Origin: a virus
Lineage: Duplodnaviria; Caudoviricetes
Length of the DNA stretch: 35,742 nt
IMG/VR virus record: IMGVR_UViG_3300047282_000185
Coordinates: 1-35,742 of that record
Strand: one strand, 5' to 3'
Shown here piece by piece: positions 13,827-23,412 of this stretch (positions are counted from its first letter, which is position 1; each line of letters opens with the position of its first letter). Made by a program: the position numbers and the translations under genes. The notes under the pieces were generated by a model, which saw nothing but the letters and a program-made list of their open reading frames with translations, did not search any database and was not told where the DNA came from.

Positions 13827-16484
13827 TCATTCCGGCATCTGCTGCGCCGCACCGCGAGCAGCACCCGTAGTCAGATCGTTGACGGCGTCCTGCACCCAAT
13901 TGATGCCGTACTTGCGGCCAACTTCGATGGCGTCTCTAACCCTTTGCGGGTCAATCGCCGCTGCGCGAGGGGCCACAGCTTGGAATACTCTTACGGCATC
14001 TGCCGGGTTAAGAAGCAGGTTTTTCAGCCGCTCTTCCGTAGCCTCCGACGCCTTCTTTGCCCAGAACTTGCTGAACAGCGAAGTGATGGCATAGGTAGCG
14101 CCAGAAACCGGGTTATAGATGCGCGAAATGATCTGCTCGGGCGGGATGCCCGTAAGCTGTTCAATCGGCGTGCGCGGGACTGTCTCGCCTCGAAACGGCA
14201 CTTGCGTGATGTCTTTGCCCAGCCGCTCAGAAACAACTGCAAAGTCGGCCACTTTCTGGGCGTAAGTCGGGCCGAAGACGCGATTGAACACCGCCGCCTT
14301 AGTCCGATCATTAAGCAACGCCAGAGGGTCGCCTGAGTTCACAATGTCGTCCAGCATAAACGCGCGGGCGGCGTTGACCGAATCCTTATCCGCGCCATAC
14401 TGTTGCATGAACTTGTTGGTGAACTTAACGTCGCCGTACATGCGCGCCACCAACTCCTGCGGGCTCTTAAAGCCGTTTTGGTTGACGATTTGTTCGCCCG
14501 CCACACGCTGAAAGTCGGCGTTCAGGCGGTTGCGCTGGGCGATCAGGTTCTGCACGTTGGTGCTGGCGGCTTGCAACTCGTCGCGCAGCCCAGGCACTAG
14601 CGACACGCCGCCTTCGTTTGCCTTAATCCACTTGGCCGCAGCTTTGGGGTCCAGAACGTCGTTTTTGAGCGCTGCGCGGCTAAAGCTGTCTAGGAAAGCA
14701 TCCCGCGCAACCCGCACGCCCTCGTCGCCCGTAGCGCGGATGAACTCGTCCACATTGGAGCGGTTGCCGATGATTGCGGGGGCGATCTGTTCAACAAACT
14801 TCTTGCGGTCAATTGAGCGCAGCGTCTCAGCGGTGAACGGCAGGCCGACGCGCTGAAGATAGGCGTTGTCCGCGTTGCGATAAGCGGCAACAAAATCCGG
14901 GTCAAGATTGTCGATATGGCCCGCAACGCGCGATTTGAGTTCAGTCAGCAGGCGGATATTGTTTTCATCCTTGCTTTTGCGAAGCTGCGCGTTAATTTCG
15001 CGCTTGAGCGAATCAAGGTCTTCAACCGTTGCCGCCGCAAAACGCCTACCACCTTCAGCCATTGGACGGCCTTCGGCGGTCAGAATTGGGCTAGGTTCAG
15101 TCGTTTCTGGCCGGAATCGAGAGCGTACTTTGCCGTAAATAGACGGAAAGTTTTTGAAGATGTCCCGCCCCTGCTCCCCGACGACAAAGTTGTAGATATC
15201 ATCAACCGAGGCCGCAGGCAGTTCGACATTCTTGGCTTGCGCGATCTTAAACGCCTCGTCGTATAGGGGCCGCGTAGACGCACGCGCCTCGTCTTCACGC
15301 TTGGCAAGCAGCGAAGATACCCGCTGACCGAAGGCGGTTGGATCGACGCTCTGATCACGATAAGCGTCAGCAATTTGCTCGTCAATGCTGCGAACGCGGC
15401 GCGCCTGCACCTTGGCCAAATCCGGCCCGACGACGTTGACCTGGACCTTAGACGGATCGCCAAACAGGCGAATCTGGTTGGCCGTCAGCGCTTGCTTGGC
15501 CTGCTCGAACTGATTGGCATACTGCGCGCGGAAGACCGGGTCTTTGGATGCCAGACTTTGAATGAAGTTGTTGATGACGGGGTTGTCAGCCAGAAGCGAA
15601 CTAATCGGCATCTGAACAGCAGCGCCGCCAGGGGCCTTAAGCGAGACGCCTTCCTGGGCCTTAGCCGCTTTGGTCAGCGTGTCCATGAACTTGGGGTCCG
15701 CCGCCGCCGCTGCGATGAAGACGTTGCTGATGCGGTTGTCCACATCCTTGAGCAGTTCATCTTCGGGAACCGTGCCGCGAATCTTCTCCCACTGCGACTT
15801 AGCCAGATCAAACGCTTTGCCGCCCAGCGCGGCGGTACGCATTGCGCTGCCCAGTGCAAGGCCGGTTCCTGCGCCGCCGACAATACCGCCGACAACGCGG
15901 CCAGCCGTAGGCGCGCCGAGCTTTTCGCCCGCCATTTCGCCAGCCGTCGCGCCCGCTTCTGCCCCCGCGCCGATACCGACTTGTTCGGCGGGGCGCATAA
16001 TGGCTTGCCCCAAAGGCCCCATACGGCGCACGCCTGCCAGTGGCGGGAACAGATACGATTCAGGCGATGTAGCGGCTTGCAGACCGCTGGCGATAATCCG
16101 CTCACCAATCGTCTGCGGTTCTGCGCCGGTAGAGCCGAGCGCACCCAAGACGCCGCGATACACAGGCTCACGGGCTTCCGCAAAAACTTGTCCTGGCGGG
16201 CGTTGAGGAGCTATAGGCTGGCTAGGCGCGCGTAGCGCGGCGACCAACTCAGGGACGCCTCGACCTAAAGCGCTTTCGCCAATTAGCGCGCCTAAACCCG
16301 CAACTAAACCCACGCTTGACGCGGGGCCCTTACGCAACGCTTCAGCCATATAACCTTGCGACGACATGGCTGGCGCTTCAGGCCGCAGGCTGATTGCCAG
16401 CGCGGCTAGACGCTGCGCGTCTTGCGTATTGCCCGCTGCGTCTGCTTGACGCAGTGCCTCCATGACTTGTTCGTAGGTGGCCAT
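13827..16484 (-). CDS. Large internal virion / DNA ejection protein
   Basis: 885 aa, Ala/Gly-rich hydrophobic N-terminal segments and a helical body; third of three large genes after the tail genes, as in podoviruses. Confidence 0.7.
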   Translation of the reverse strand: MATYEQVMEALRQADAAGNTQDAQRLAALAISLRPEAPAMSSQGYMAEALRKGPASSVGLVAGLGALIGESALGRGVPELVAALRAPSQPIAPQRPPGQVFAEAREPVYRGVLGALGSTGAEPQTIGERIIASGLQAATSPESYLFPPLAGVRRMGPLGQAIMRPAEQVGIGAGAEAGATAGEMAGEKLGAPTAGRVVGGIVGGAGTGLALGSAMRTAALGGKAFDLAKSQWEKIRGTVPEDELLKDVDNRISNVFIAAAAADPKFMDTLTKAAKAQEGVSLKAPGGAAVQMPISSLLADNPVINNFIQSLASKDPVFRAQYANQFEQAKQALTANQIRLFGDPSKVQVNVVGPDLAKVQARRVRSIDEQIADAYRDQSVDPTAFGQRVSSLLAKREDEARASTRPLYDEAFKIAQAKNVELPAASVDDIYNFVVGEQGRDIFKNFPSIYGKVRSRFRPETTEPSPILTAEGRPMAEGGRRFAAATVEDLDSLKREINAQLRKSKDENNIRLLTELKSRVAGHIDNLDPDFVAAYRNADNAYLQRVGLPFTAETLRSIDRKKFVEQIAPAIIGNRSNVDEFIRATGDEGVRVARDAFLDSFSRAALKNDVLDPKAAAKWIKANEGGVSLVPGLRDELQAASTNVQNLIAQRNRLNADFQRVAGEQIVNQNGFKSPQELVARMYGDVKFTNKFMQQYGADKDSVNAARAFMLDDIVNSGDPLALLNDRTKAAVFNRVFGPTYAQKVADFAVVSERLGKDITQVPFRGETVPRTPIEQLTGIPPEQIISRIYNPVSGATYAITSLFSKFWAKKASEATEERLKNLLLNPADAVRVFQAVAPRAAAIDPQRVRDAIEVGRKYGINWVQDAVNDLTTGAARGAAQQMPE

Positions 16485-16486
16485 GT

Positions 16487-17779
16487 TTACGGCTTTCTAG
16501 GTGCGTATTTGTCCAACAGAGCTTGGTCAGCAGGCGAAACCGCCCTTGGCGCAGCGCGTGGTGCGGCGCGGGGGCCAAACTCCGGGAAAGCTAGCGCAGC
16601 GTCTACCGCTTCAGCAGAGTATCCCGGCGAGCGCAGCGCAATCACACGTTGGCGTCCGATTTCTTGGAGAGCCTTGTCAGAGGCCACTGTCCGAATCGCT
16701 TCCAGCGTCTGTTTGATCTTGTTCTGTGTATCGACAGTCGGCGTTCCAGTAAAGAGCGTCGAAGTCACATCAGACAGACGGCCCAAAATAGACGGATCGC
16801 CACCTGCCTGCTCCACATCGCGGCGGCTCAGTTGGCTATCGCCCAGCGCCTTGGCCAGTTGGACGCGGGCGGCGTTGAACGATACGAAGTTGTTGGTCTT
16901 GAGGGAGTCTTCGATGGCGGTCAGAGCGTTATCCGCAGCGAACACCGCCTTAGACTGCGGCTCAATCGTCTTTTGAACCTTGGCGCGGAACTCGGGAATA
17001 TCGACCAGCCGCTCTTGCCCTGGCATCACGTTTGTGATCGTGGTTCGCGGTTTAGCCGCTTCAACGCGCTGGTTGACTGCGGCCATTTGCGTCTGCGTAA
17101 GCTCGCCAAAAGACTTGCCATACAGTTCCCGAGAGACGCGTTCAGCCTCTGCGCCAAACGTCTGCTCTTTCGGCTGGCCTCGGTAGACGACATTACCCGC
17201 CGCATCTACCAAAGAGCCGTTAACTTCTTTAAGCGTGCGTAGCTCATCAATTTGCGTTTTTAGCAACGCCGCTTGTTGCGCCGATTGATCATCGCCCATT
17301 TCCAGCAACGCGTTGCGCTGTTGCGTTAAACGCTTAATTTCTTCCGCTTTCAGAATGTCTGCTGGAATAGCCTGCTTACGTTCGCGGCTCGCTTGCGCCA
17401 GCGATGCAGCAGCGGAGGCTTCACGCTGGCCCACCAACGCGCCGCTTTCCTGCGCTTTACGATACTCTTGCGTCAGCATCATCGCGCCTAGCGGATCAAG
17501 AGGGGCAAGTTTTTGAATGCCCGCTTGTACAGACGCCGGATCGGTATAGTCAATCTCTCGCGCAACAGACTGCCGCAAGCTAATCCGCGCCAGTTCCGGG
17601 TCTTGCCCACCCAGCGCGCGCCCAAGTTGGCTAGCCCCACGGAAGATGCCGTAGGTGGCACGCTCAAACGGATCAAGCTGGGCGAACTGGAGTGCCTGCT
17701 TATCAAGCAGAGCATCTTGCTGGCGCTGGTACATCTCCGGCGTAAGGCCGAAAAGGGTTGGAACGATGTCGGTTGCCAT
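16487..17779 (-). CDS. Internal virion / DNA ejection protein
   Basis: 430 aa, Gln/Ala-rich helical; position in the ejection-protein trio. Confidence 0.65.
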   Translation of the reverse strand: MATDIVPTLFGLTPEMYQRQQDALLDKQALQFAQLDPFERATYGIFRGASQLGRALGGQDPELARISLRQSVAREIDYTDPASVQAGIQKLAPLDPLGAMMLTQEYRKAQESGALVGQREASAAASLAQASRERKQAIPADILKAEEIKRLTQQRNALLEMGDDQSAQQAALLKTQIDELRTLKEVNGSLVDAAGNVVYRGQPKEQTFGAEAERVSRELYGKSFGELTQTQMAAVNQRVEAAKPRTTITNVMPGQERLVDIPEFRAKVQKTIEPQSKAVFAADNALTAIEDSLKTNNFVSFNAARVQLAKALGDSQLSRRDVEQAGGDPSILGRLSDVTSTLFTGTPTVDTQNKIKQTLEAIRTVASDKALQEIGRQRVIALRSPGYSAEAVDAALAFPEFGPRAAPRAAPRAVSPADQALLDKYAPRKP

Positions 17780-17780
17780 G

Positions 17781-18812
17781 TCAAAACTCCAAAGAACCGA
17801 AGAATTCGCCCGACACAGGGTTTACACCTGCGCCGAACCCAGACGGGCCGAAACCACTAGTAACAGGGAACAAGTTACGCAACCCTCTAACGAGCCCCGG
17901 ATTCTGCGCGAAGCCTGTCAGCGCGGTAGCAAATGGGTTGTAAGCGTCGGCCATGAACTGCGAGCGAGCCGCGCCTGTCAGGCCGGTCAGTTGTGCTTGC
18001 GCCGCCGCAGGGCTCATGCCTCTTGCGCCGATGTTGATACCGACGTTCAGCGGCTGCTGCGCCAAGTCTTCCAGACCCGTAGCCCCGCCCAGATACGCCT
18101 GATACGGAGCCAGCGCGCCGACCTGACCGCGCCCGTACAAATCAAACATCTGTGCGCCAGTGCCAAACAGGCCCGTGCCGAACGCCAATTGACGTTGCCC
18201 GGCTTCCTGTGCTTCTGCGGCTATCCGCGCATCCTGCTGGGCCAGAGCGTTGTAATACGCCTCCATGTCTGGATTAGCAGCGCGAAGACCTTCGCCGCCG
18301 CCAGGACGCAGACCCGTAGCGCCAACGGCCAGACCGCCACGGCCTGTCTGGAACAGTTGGTTTTGCAGTTGAGCAAATTGGCGCTCGCGGCTAGGGGCCA
18401 GAAGAGCTTGCTGGCTTTGCATGAACCGGGCGGCAACCTGCTCGGGCGTCTCAGCCAGATACTGCTCGCCAAGGCCGAAGAGGCGCTGACCGGCAGCGGT
18501 AAGCGGCGCAAACTGTTGCGGGGCCATCTCGGCCTGGGTCAGACCCTGGCCAGCCAGCCCCAGCAGACGCTCTTGATAGGCGCGGAACTCAGGCGACAAC
18601 TCGTACCCTGCGCCCGTCACGCGATCATCTGGGCCGTACTCAAACATTGAGCGGCCAAAGCGCGTTGTGATGCCTACGGGGCGAAAGCGCGCTTCCTCGG
18701 CGGCGATTCGTGCGGCGTCTCGCTGTGCGTCAGCCTGAATCTGTGCGGCGCGGCGGGCAGAACTGCCTTGTAGCAGACTCCCGCCGATAATTGCTGCTGC
18801 GGCTATAGGCAT
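17781..18812 (-). CDS. DNA ejection (pilot) protein, P22 gp7-like position
   Basis: N-terminal MPIAAAAIIGGSLL...AAQIQADAQ; Gly/Ala/Gln-rich. Confidence 0.7.
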   Translation of the reverse strand: MPIAAAAIIGGSLLQGSSARRAAQIQADAQRDAARIAAEEARFRPVGITTRFGRSMFEYGPDDRVTGAGYELSPEFRAYQERLLGLAGQGLTQAEMAPQQFAPLTAAGQRLFGLGEQYLAETPEQVAARFMQSQQALLAPSRERQFAQLQNQLFQTGRGGLAVGATGLRPGGGEGLRAANPDMEAYYNALAQQDARIAAEAQEAGQRQLAFGTGLFGTGAQMFDLYGRGQVGALAPYQAYLGGATGLEDLAQQPLNVGINIGARGMSPAAAQAQLTGLTGAARSQFMADAYNPFATALTGFAQNPGLVRGLRNLFPVTSGFGPSGFGAGVNPVSGEFFGSLEF

Positions 18813-18813
18813 A

Positions 18814-19107
18814 TCAAACTCCAATCAAAACGTCATCAACCTTGGACGCATCCTTCTCGTCCGTGGCGTGGATACAAAACCAAACACAATCCGTTAGCGC
18901 CTTGACGCCGTGCGTCACGCCTGCCTTGATCTCAATACAAGCGGGCGCTTCAACCACTTCTATATCGCTACCCTTCATCACCGCCACCTTGCCTTTAGCC
19001 AGAATCGACAGGTGGCTAAAGTCATGCGTGTGCTTCAGGATGGCTACGCCAGCAGGGAACGCTGCCTGCTTGGCGTAAAGACCATCGCTGAAGTGGTGGG
19101 TGATCAT
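18814..19107 (-). CDS. Cupin (RmlC-like) domain protein
   Basis: HHFSDGLYAK...HTHDFSHLSILAKG...GVTHGV..WFCIH; ATGA coupling at 19104-19107. Confidence 0.8.
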   Translation of the reverse strand: MITHHFSDGLYAKQAAFPAGVAILKHTHDFSHLSILAKGKVAVMKGSDIEVVEAPACIEIKAGVTHGVKALTDCVWFCIHATDEKDASKVDDVLIGV

Positions 19108-19838
19108 GCCGTCCTTTTCCACATATACACAGTGATGTACGGCTGGTAGTTGGCGTTGGTGCCAGACGAGCCAGTCGTAGAAATTGTGTGAGTGTGCGCT
19201 CCAGCCGTGTTTGTCAAGCCAATAGACGCACCGCCCGAAGTGCCATCTAGCACATAGCTTTCAGAAGAGCCATCCCAGGCATTTGAACTGACATAATTGC
19301 TGCTGGTGACTGTCGTGTTAGGGAAAGCTTTGCCTGTGTTGCCGTCGTTAGCTGCGACATAATGCGTGTGGTTGCCTTGGCTGTCTGTAGTATGCGTGTG
19401 GCTGACAGTAATCGCATCCGCGCTGCCGCCAGTTTCTTCAGCCGTATCAAAAAGCGCGTTGCCAGAATCAAAGCCGACCATGACGCGGCCAGCGCCGAAG
19501 GCCGTCCAAGTGCCAAAGCCCAGTAACGTACCGGGGTTGGTAGATACTACCGCCGTGTAGATCGAACCGACAGGGAACAGCGCAGCTTTAGCCGCCGCTA
19601 CGGCAGCATCAACATAGGCTGTCGTTGAAATCTGCGTGCTGTTATTGCCAGCAGAGGCCGTAGGCGCGGCAGGCGTGCCCGTGAACGTCGGCGAAGCCAG
19701 ATCAGCCTTGGTCGCCACCGCAATAGCGATGTTGGCAAACTCGGTGTTGATCTCTGTGCCCTTAACGATCTTCAGGGGATCGCCAGACGACAGGTTGTCT
19801 TTCGTGGCGAAGTTGGTGCTCTGAACGTAGTTACTCAC
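19104..19838 (-). CDS. Short tail fibre/needle protein with T4 gp10-C-like domain
   Basis: SPTFTGTPAAPT repeat, FPVGSIY, NPGTLLGFGTW, HTH His-triad repeats, QPYITVYMWKRTA. Confidence 0.8.
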   Translation of the reverse strand: MSNYVQSTNFATKDNLSSGDPLKIVKGTEINTEFANIAIAVATKADLASPTFTGTPAAPTASAGNNSTQISTTAYVDAAVAAAKAALFPVGSIYTAVVSTNPGTLLGFGTWTAFGAGRVMVGFDSGNALFDTAEETGGSADAITVSHTHTTDSQGNHTHYVAANDGNTGKAFPNTTVTSSNYVSSNAWDGSSESYVLDGTSGGASIGLTNTAGAHTHTISTTGSSGTNANYQPYITVYMWKRTA

Positions 19839-21394
19839 GATAGCTTCCCTTCTTTGGCCTGAATCTCGATCTTCTGGATCGACATAGGCGCGCCGTTAAT
19901 GTTTGACTCGTAACCAGTCTGTACCACTTTGCCGCTGCCCGTAGCGGGGGTTTGTAATTGTTGAAGCGCAACGCCGTCTGAGTAGTACGCCACTACAGTA
20001 GCGTTCGCGCCGTACTCCGCAATGCCATACTCGGATTCCCCCTGCGTCGGGATCAACATGTTGGCCGACAGGTAGTTGGCCGAGAAGTCAAAGGCCCACT
20101 TGGCCGTCACATACTGATTTGAGCCACCGATCACGATGACCTTTAGGCGCTTCAAAATTGAAGTGATGTTCTGATTGCCAAGATCGGCGTGGTTGGTAAA
20201 GTACTGCATCCGATACGAGGACTGGTAGTCCTGATAGGTGTTGTACTTCCCAACGTAGCCGTTCTTGCCGATCAGAACATCGCCGTTTTTGCGCGACAGC
20301 AACGCCGTTGGCTCAATGGAGTCCCAGGTCGTGACGCGAAACGATCCATCTTGCAACTGCACGCGGGTGTCAAAACAGTAGACCTCTTTGACCGACGGCA
20401 GCGTCAGCAGATAGAAGGCTTCCCTCTCTGAATACACCGACTTGATATTAGCCAGCGTTTCACTGGCAACTATACCCATCAAGTCGCTACGCACGTTTTT
20501 GGACAAGTCCCCCAGCGGGGCTGACTTCTCCACAATCGTGCGGGCAAACGAGCGCACGCCCGAGTTGGACAGGAACAGCACATCCTTGCCCGTATTCTGG
20601 ATCGAATCGCGGGCGATGCATCCAATGCCGCCCACAGTGTCGTACAGCGTGATTGACGCTGGCGTTGTGGCGCTGGAGTACACCAGAATCTGGCGCTGAC
20701 CGAAGATGATCAGGAAGTTGTTGTGCGCTGCCAGACCCACGATGTTGTCCGCGCCGTTGGGCCAGACCTTGTTAATGTCCAGCGTACCCGAAGTGCCGCC
20801 CGTCCAGATGTGGCCCGCGATCAGATCAGAGAACGAGACAGTCGTGTTGTCCGTCGTCGTATCCGCAACCCACAGACGCCCGTAGGCCGAGATCACCACG
20901 TTGCCAGACGGCACAGTGCCAGCATAGCCCGTCTTCTCGCTCACGCGCCGATAGGTCGTCGTGCTCACCGCCGGGTCGTAGATCAACGGGTCGTGGCCTT
21001 CTTGGAAAAAGTAGGTGATGCCATTGAGTGAAGCACAAGACCAGTTGCTGGCGGTGATCGTGGGGGCCGTACCCCCACCCCCGTAGGTCAACTCAACCAC
21101 GGCGTTTGAGCCGTCGAGCTTGAATAGCTTGTTGTTGCCCGCAAACAAGATGGTCGTCGTGCCATCTGACTGCACCAGTTCGTGAATTACGCCGACGTTG
21201 TTAGCGCCCAGGTTGCCAGAGGAGCTATTGACGCGGCTCCACCCCTTGCGCGAGCCGATGCGGCCATACTGATCAATAATGCAGTTAGTCGCAACCAGCG
21301 CAAAGCCAGCATTCAGATCAAGAGGCGAGTCTTGAGTGTTCAGCCCGTAAAAACCCGGGGCTGAGATGCTGTAGGTGGAAAGGGGTTCGCTCAT
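19835..21394 (-). CDS. Tail nozzle / tubular protein B-like (P22 gp10-like)
   Basis: 519 aa beta-propeller-like sequence; follows the adaptor gene. Confidence 0.7.
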   Translation of the reverse strand: MSEPLSTYSISAPGFYGLNTQDSPLDLNAGFALVATNCIIDQYGRIGSRKGWSRVNSSSGNLGANNVGVIHELVQSDGTTTILFAGNNKLFKLDGSNAVVELTYGGGGTAPTITASNWSCASLNGITYFFQEGHDPLIYDPAVSTTTYRRVSEKTGYAGTVPSGNVVISAYGRLWVADTTTDNTTVSFSDLIAGHIWTGGTSGTLDINKVWPNGADNIVGLAAHNNFLIIFGQRQILVYSSATTPASITLYDTVGGIGCIARDSIQNTGKDVLFLSNSGVRSFARTIVEKSAPLGDLSKNVRSDLMGIVASETLANIKSVYSEREAFYLLTLPSVKEVYCFDTRVQLQDGSFRVTTWDSIEPTALLSRKNGDVLIGKNGYVGKYNTYQDYQSSYRMQYFTNHADLGNQNITSILKRLKVIVIGGSNQYVTAKWAFDFSANYLSANMLIPTQGESEYGIAEYGANATVVAYYSDGVALQQLQTPATGSGKVVQTGYESNINGAPMSIQKIEIQAKEGKLS

Positions 21395-22038
21395 ATGGCC
21401 ACGAACTCCTGATTATCAGGAAAGCGCGTGGCTTCCAGCGCAATGTAATCCGACAGCATCAGTCGGTACAGTTGGTAGGCTTCCGACGAGGTAAGCCCCC
21501 CGTCCTCGCCACGCTCGGCCAGAGCGCGGGCGTAAGCGTTTTGCACCACCAGCACATCAGGCACCAAGACGCTTGCGCCGTCCGAGGACAGCGCGGCCTG
21601 GGGGATGTTCAGAGTGAAGTTAAGCTGATAGACGTTATCCGGGCGCGGATAGAGCGTCACCTTGGCATCGCCGCTGCCGTCAACGCCATCGAAGATGAAC
21701 TCCGACGGGATGCCCGAGACTGGCGTGGCAAAGTTCTGGCGGCGGTTCATCCACTCATAGGAGATGTTACGCAGCGTGACGTTAGAGGTCACGTTGATCG
21801 CATCCTCCAGCCGAAACTTCTGCCCGGCACCCGTCAGGGCGTACTCGTAAGTGCCCGCAACAGTATTGATCGTGATGACCTGCTCTAGCGAGTTCCAGTC
21901 AAAGGCATCTTCAACTTGACGTTTGGCGTCGTTGACAAACTTGCCGATCAGCGCGGAGTAGGTCGTTTCGCTGGCCGTAGAGACAGGCGTCTCACGCAAG
22001 CGCGTGAGAACGTCGTTGATCATCTCAAGGTAGGTCAC
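21391..22038 (-). CDS. Head-tail adaptor / tail tubular protein A-like
   Basis: MTYLEMINDVLTRLRE...FVNDAKR.V...WNSL; LYPRPD; podovirus position. Confidence 0.75.
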   Translation of the reverse strand: MTYLEMINDVLTRLRETPVSTASETTYSALIGKFVNDAKRQVEDAFDWNSLEQVITINTVAGTYEYALTGAGQKFRLEDAINVTSNVTLRNISYEWMNRRQNFATPVSGIPSEFIFDGVDGSGDAKVTLYPRPDNVYQLNFTLNIPQAALSSDGASVLVPDVLVVQNAYARALAERGEDGGLTSSEAYQLYRLMLSDYIALEATRFPDNQEFVAI

Positions 22039-22328
22039 TTCTTATTCCTCGCAGAAATTGCCTTGGCTTTCGCCTTAGCATCCGCTTTGGACGATGCGCC
22101 CCAGGCTCGAAGTGACAGGAGCAGGCGAGTCGGTTCGCCATCCTTGTACTCGGGTCCGGGCATATTGCCCATTCGCGCCAGGAAGGAGGCCCGTCGAGGG
22201 TTGTCGCCTGATTTGACGGGAGCTTTCAGGTTCCCGCCGGTTGCGGCATTATAGGATGCCCTGCCCTTGGCGTTCAACCCACCTTTGGGGTTCTGGCCAG
22301 CCTTTCGCTGCCATGCGGGCGTCTTCAT
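22035..22328 (-). CDS. Small basic protein, DUF6321-like
   Basis: AWQRKAGQNPKGGLNAKGRASY...RRASFLARM...SLRAW. Confidence 0.75.
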   Translation of the reverse strand: MKTPAWQRKAGQNPKGGLNAKGRASYNAATGGNLKAPVKSGDNPRRASFLARMGNMPGPEYKDGEPTRLLLSLRAWGASSKADAKAKAKAISARNKK

Positions 22329-22480
22329 TTCTTCCTCGCCGCACGCAGGTTGTCCACCATGTTGGGGTAGGGACGCCCCGCCGCCTTGGCCATGCGCTTG
22401 GCAGCGGCCTTCTTGGCTGGCGTAAGAGGCTTCGGCTCACCCAGTGACTTGGGGCGCTTTTTGTCCCAGATCGGCTTCAT
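22325..22480 (-). CDS. Small basic protein (51 aa, ...AGRPYPNMVDNLRAARKK)
   Basis: Translated by hand; ATGA coupled at both ends. Confidence 0.7.
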   Translation of the reverse strand: MKPIWDKKRPKSLGEPKPLTPAKKAAAKRMAKAAGRPYPNMVDNLRAARKK

Positions 22481-22635
22481 TTCTTCTTTGCCTTGCCCGC
22501 TTGCGATAGGGCAATGGCAACCGCCTGTTTCTGGGACTTGACTACAGGGCCACCTTTGCCCGAGTGCAAGGTTCCAGCCTTGTACTCGCGCATGACCTTG
22601 CTGATCTTCTTCTCCGCTTTGGTGGGCTTTTTCAT
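22477..22635 (-). CDS. Small basic protein, DUF6496-like (52 aa)
   Basis: KISKVMREYKAGTLHSGKGGPVVKSQKQAVAIALSQA; ATGA coupled. Confidence 0.75.
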   Translation of the reverse strand: MKKPTKAEKKISKVMREYKAGTLHSGKGGPVVKSQKQAVAIALSQAGKAKKK

Positions 22636-22775
22636 TTGCCGCGCCCCATTTTCTTCATGGGAGCGGCCTTCATCGGGGGAGCCTTCATGGTTTTACCCAT
22701 TTTGGCGGCGTATTCTTTAGCTTGTTTCTTACCCTTTTGGGTATAAGCAAACTTTTTATCTCCAACCATCGGCAT
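22632..22775 (-). CDS. Small Lys/Met-rich basic protein (47 aa)
   Basis: MPMVGDKKFAYTQKGKKQAKEYA...; AAGGAG SD. Confidence 0.7.
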   Translation of the reverse strand: MPMVGDKKFAYTQKGKKQAKEYAAKMGKTMKAPPMKAAPMKKMGRGK

Positions 22776-22785
22776 AGCGTTCTCC

Positions 22786-22995
22786 TTAGAGAGTGGGTTG
22801 CTTGCGGGGCCGTCCGCGCGGGCGGGCGATTTGTTGCGGCGCGGTAAACGGCAGATTCACGCGCTGGGACTCAGCAGCGGGCGGCGCATCTTCATCGATG
22901 CGAACGTAGCCCGTGTGACCCTTCATGGACTCAATATCGTGGGGCTGGGTGAACGTCACCGTATTGCCACTTGTCAGACAACGATAGGTAGCCAT
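22786..22995 (-). CDS. Small protein with C-terminal AT-hook-like motif (69 aa)
   Basis: AAGGAG SD; ends ...ARPRGRPRKQPTL. Confidence 0.7.
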   Translation of the reverse strand: MATYRCLTSGNTVTFTQPHDIESMKGHTGYVRIDEDAPPAAESQRVNLPFTAPQQIARPRGRPRKQPTL

Positions 22996-23008
22996 TTGAA
23001 CTCCTTGC

Positions 23009-23036
23009 AAAACAGGGGGCGCTTGGCCCCCTGTTT
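23009..23036 (-). terminator. Terminator/attenuator after the decoration gene
   Basis: Inverted repeat AAACAGGGGG / CCCCCTGTTT with a short U-tract. Confidence 0.6.
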
Positions 23037-23037
23037 G

Positions 23038-23361
23038 TTAGACCATGCGGGCCACGACCAGCTTGACGGTTGTCGATGCGAGATCGACAGCGCCGCCAGT
23101 GGTGTTGGTGGTAGCAATGGTGACGGTGTTAGCCGCCGAGACGTAAGCGCGGCGAACGAGGCCAGCCTCGTCAACGCCAGCGGACATGCCGATCACCATG
23201 TCGCCCAGGGCAACGCCCGGAACGGCCACGGTGTCGGTGGCAGCGCCCTGATCAGCCACGGAGGCCGAGTTCAGGGTGCAGGTAACAGCCCAGGTATCCG
23301 AAAAGATGCCCCGGAACTGGTCATTCCCGCGACGGGAAACAACAGCGGATGCAGCAGCCAT
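23038..23361 (-). CDS. Putative capsid decoration protein
   Basis: 107 aa beta-rich, directly after the MCP; AAGGAG SD. Confidence 0.6.
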   Translation of the reverse strand: MAAASAVVSRRGNDQFRGIFSDTWAVTCTLNSASVADQGAATDTVAVPGVALGDMVIGMSAGVDEAGLVRRAYVSAANTVTIATTNTTGGAVDLASTTVKLVVARMV

Positions 23362-23373
23362 TTCAATCTCCTT

Positions 23374-23406
23374 AAAAAGACACCCCCCGGCTTGTGGCCA
23401 GGGGGT
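23374..23406 (-). terminator. Terminator after the major capsid gene
   Basis: On - strand ACCCCCTGGC-CACAA-GCCGGGGGGT then GTCTTTTT. Confidence 0.65.
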
Positions 23407-23412
23407 AGTTCA

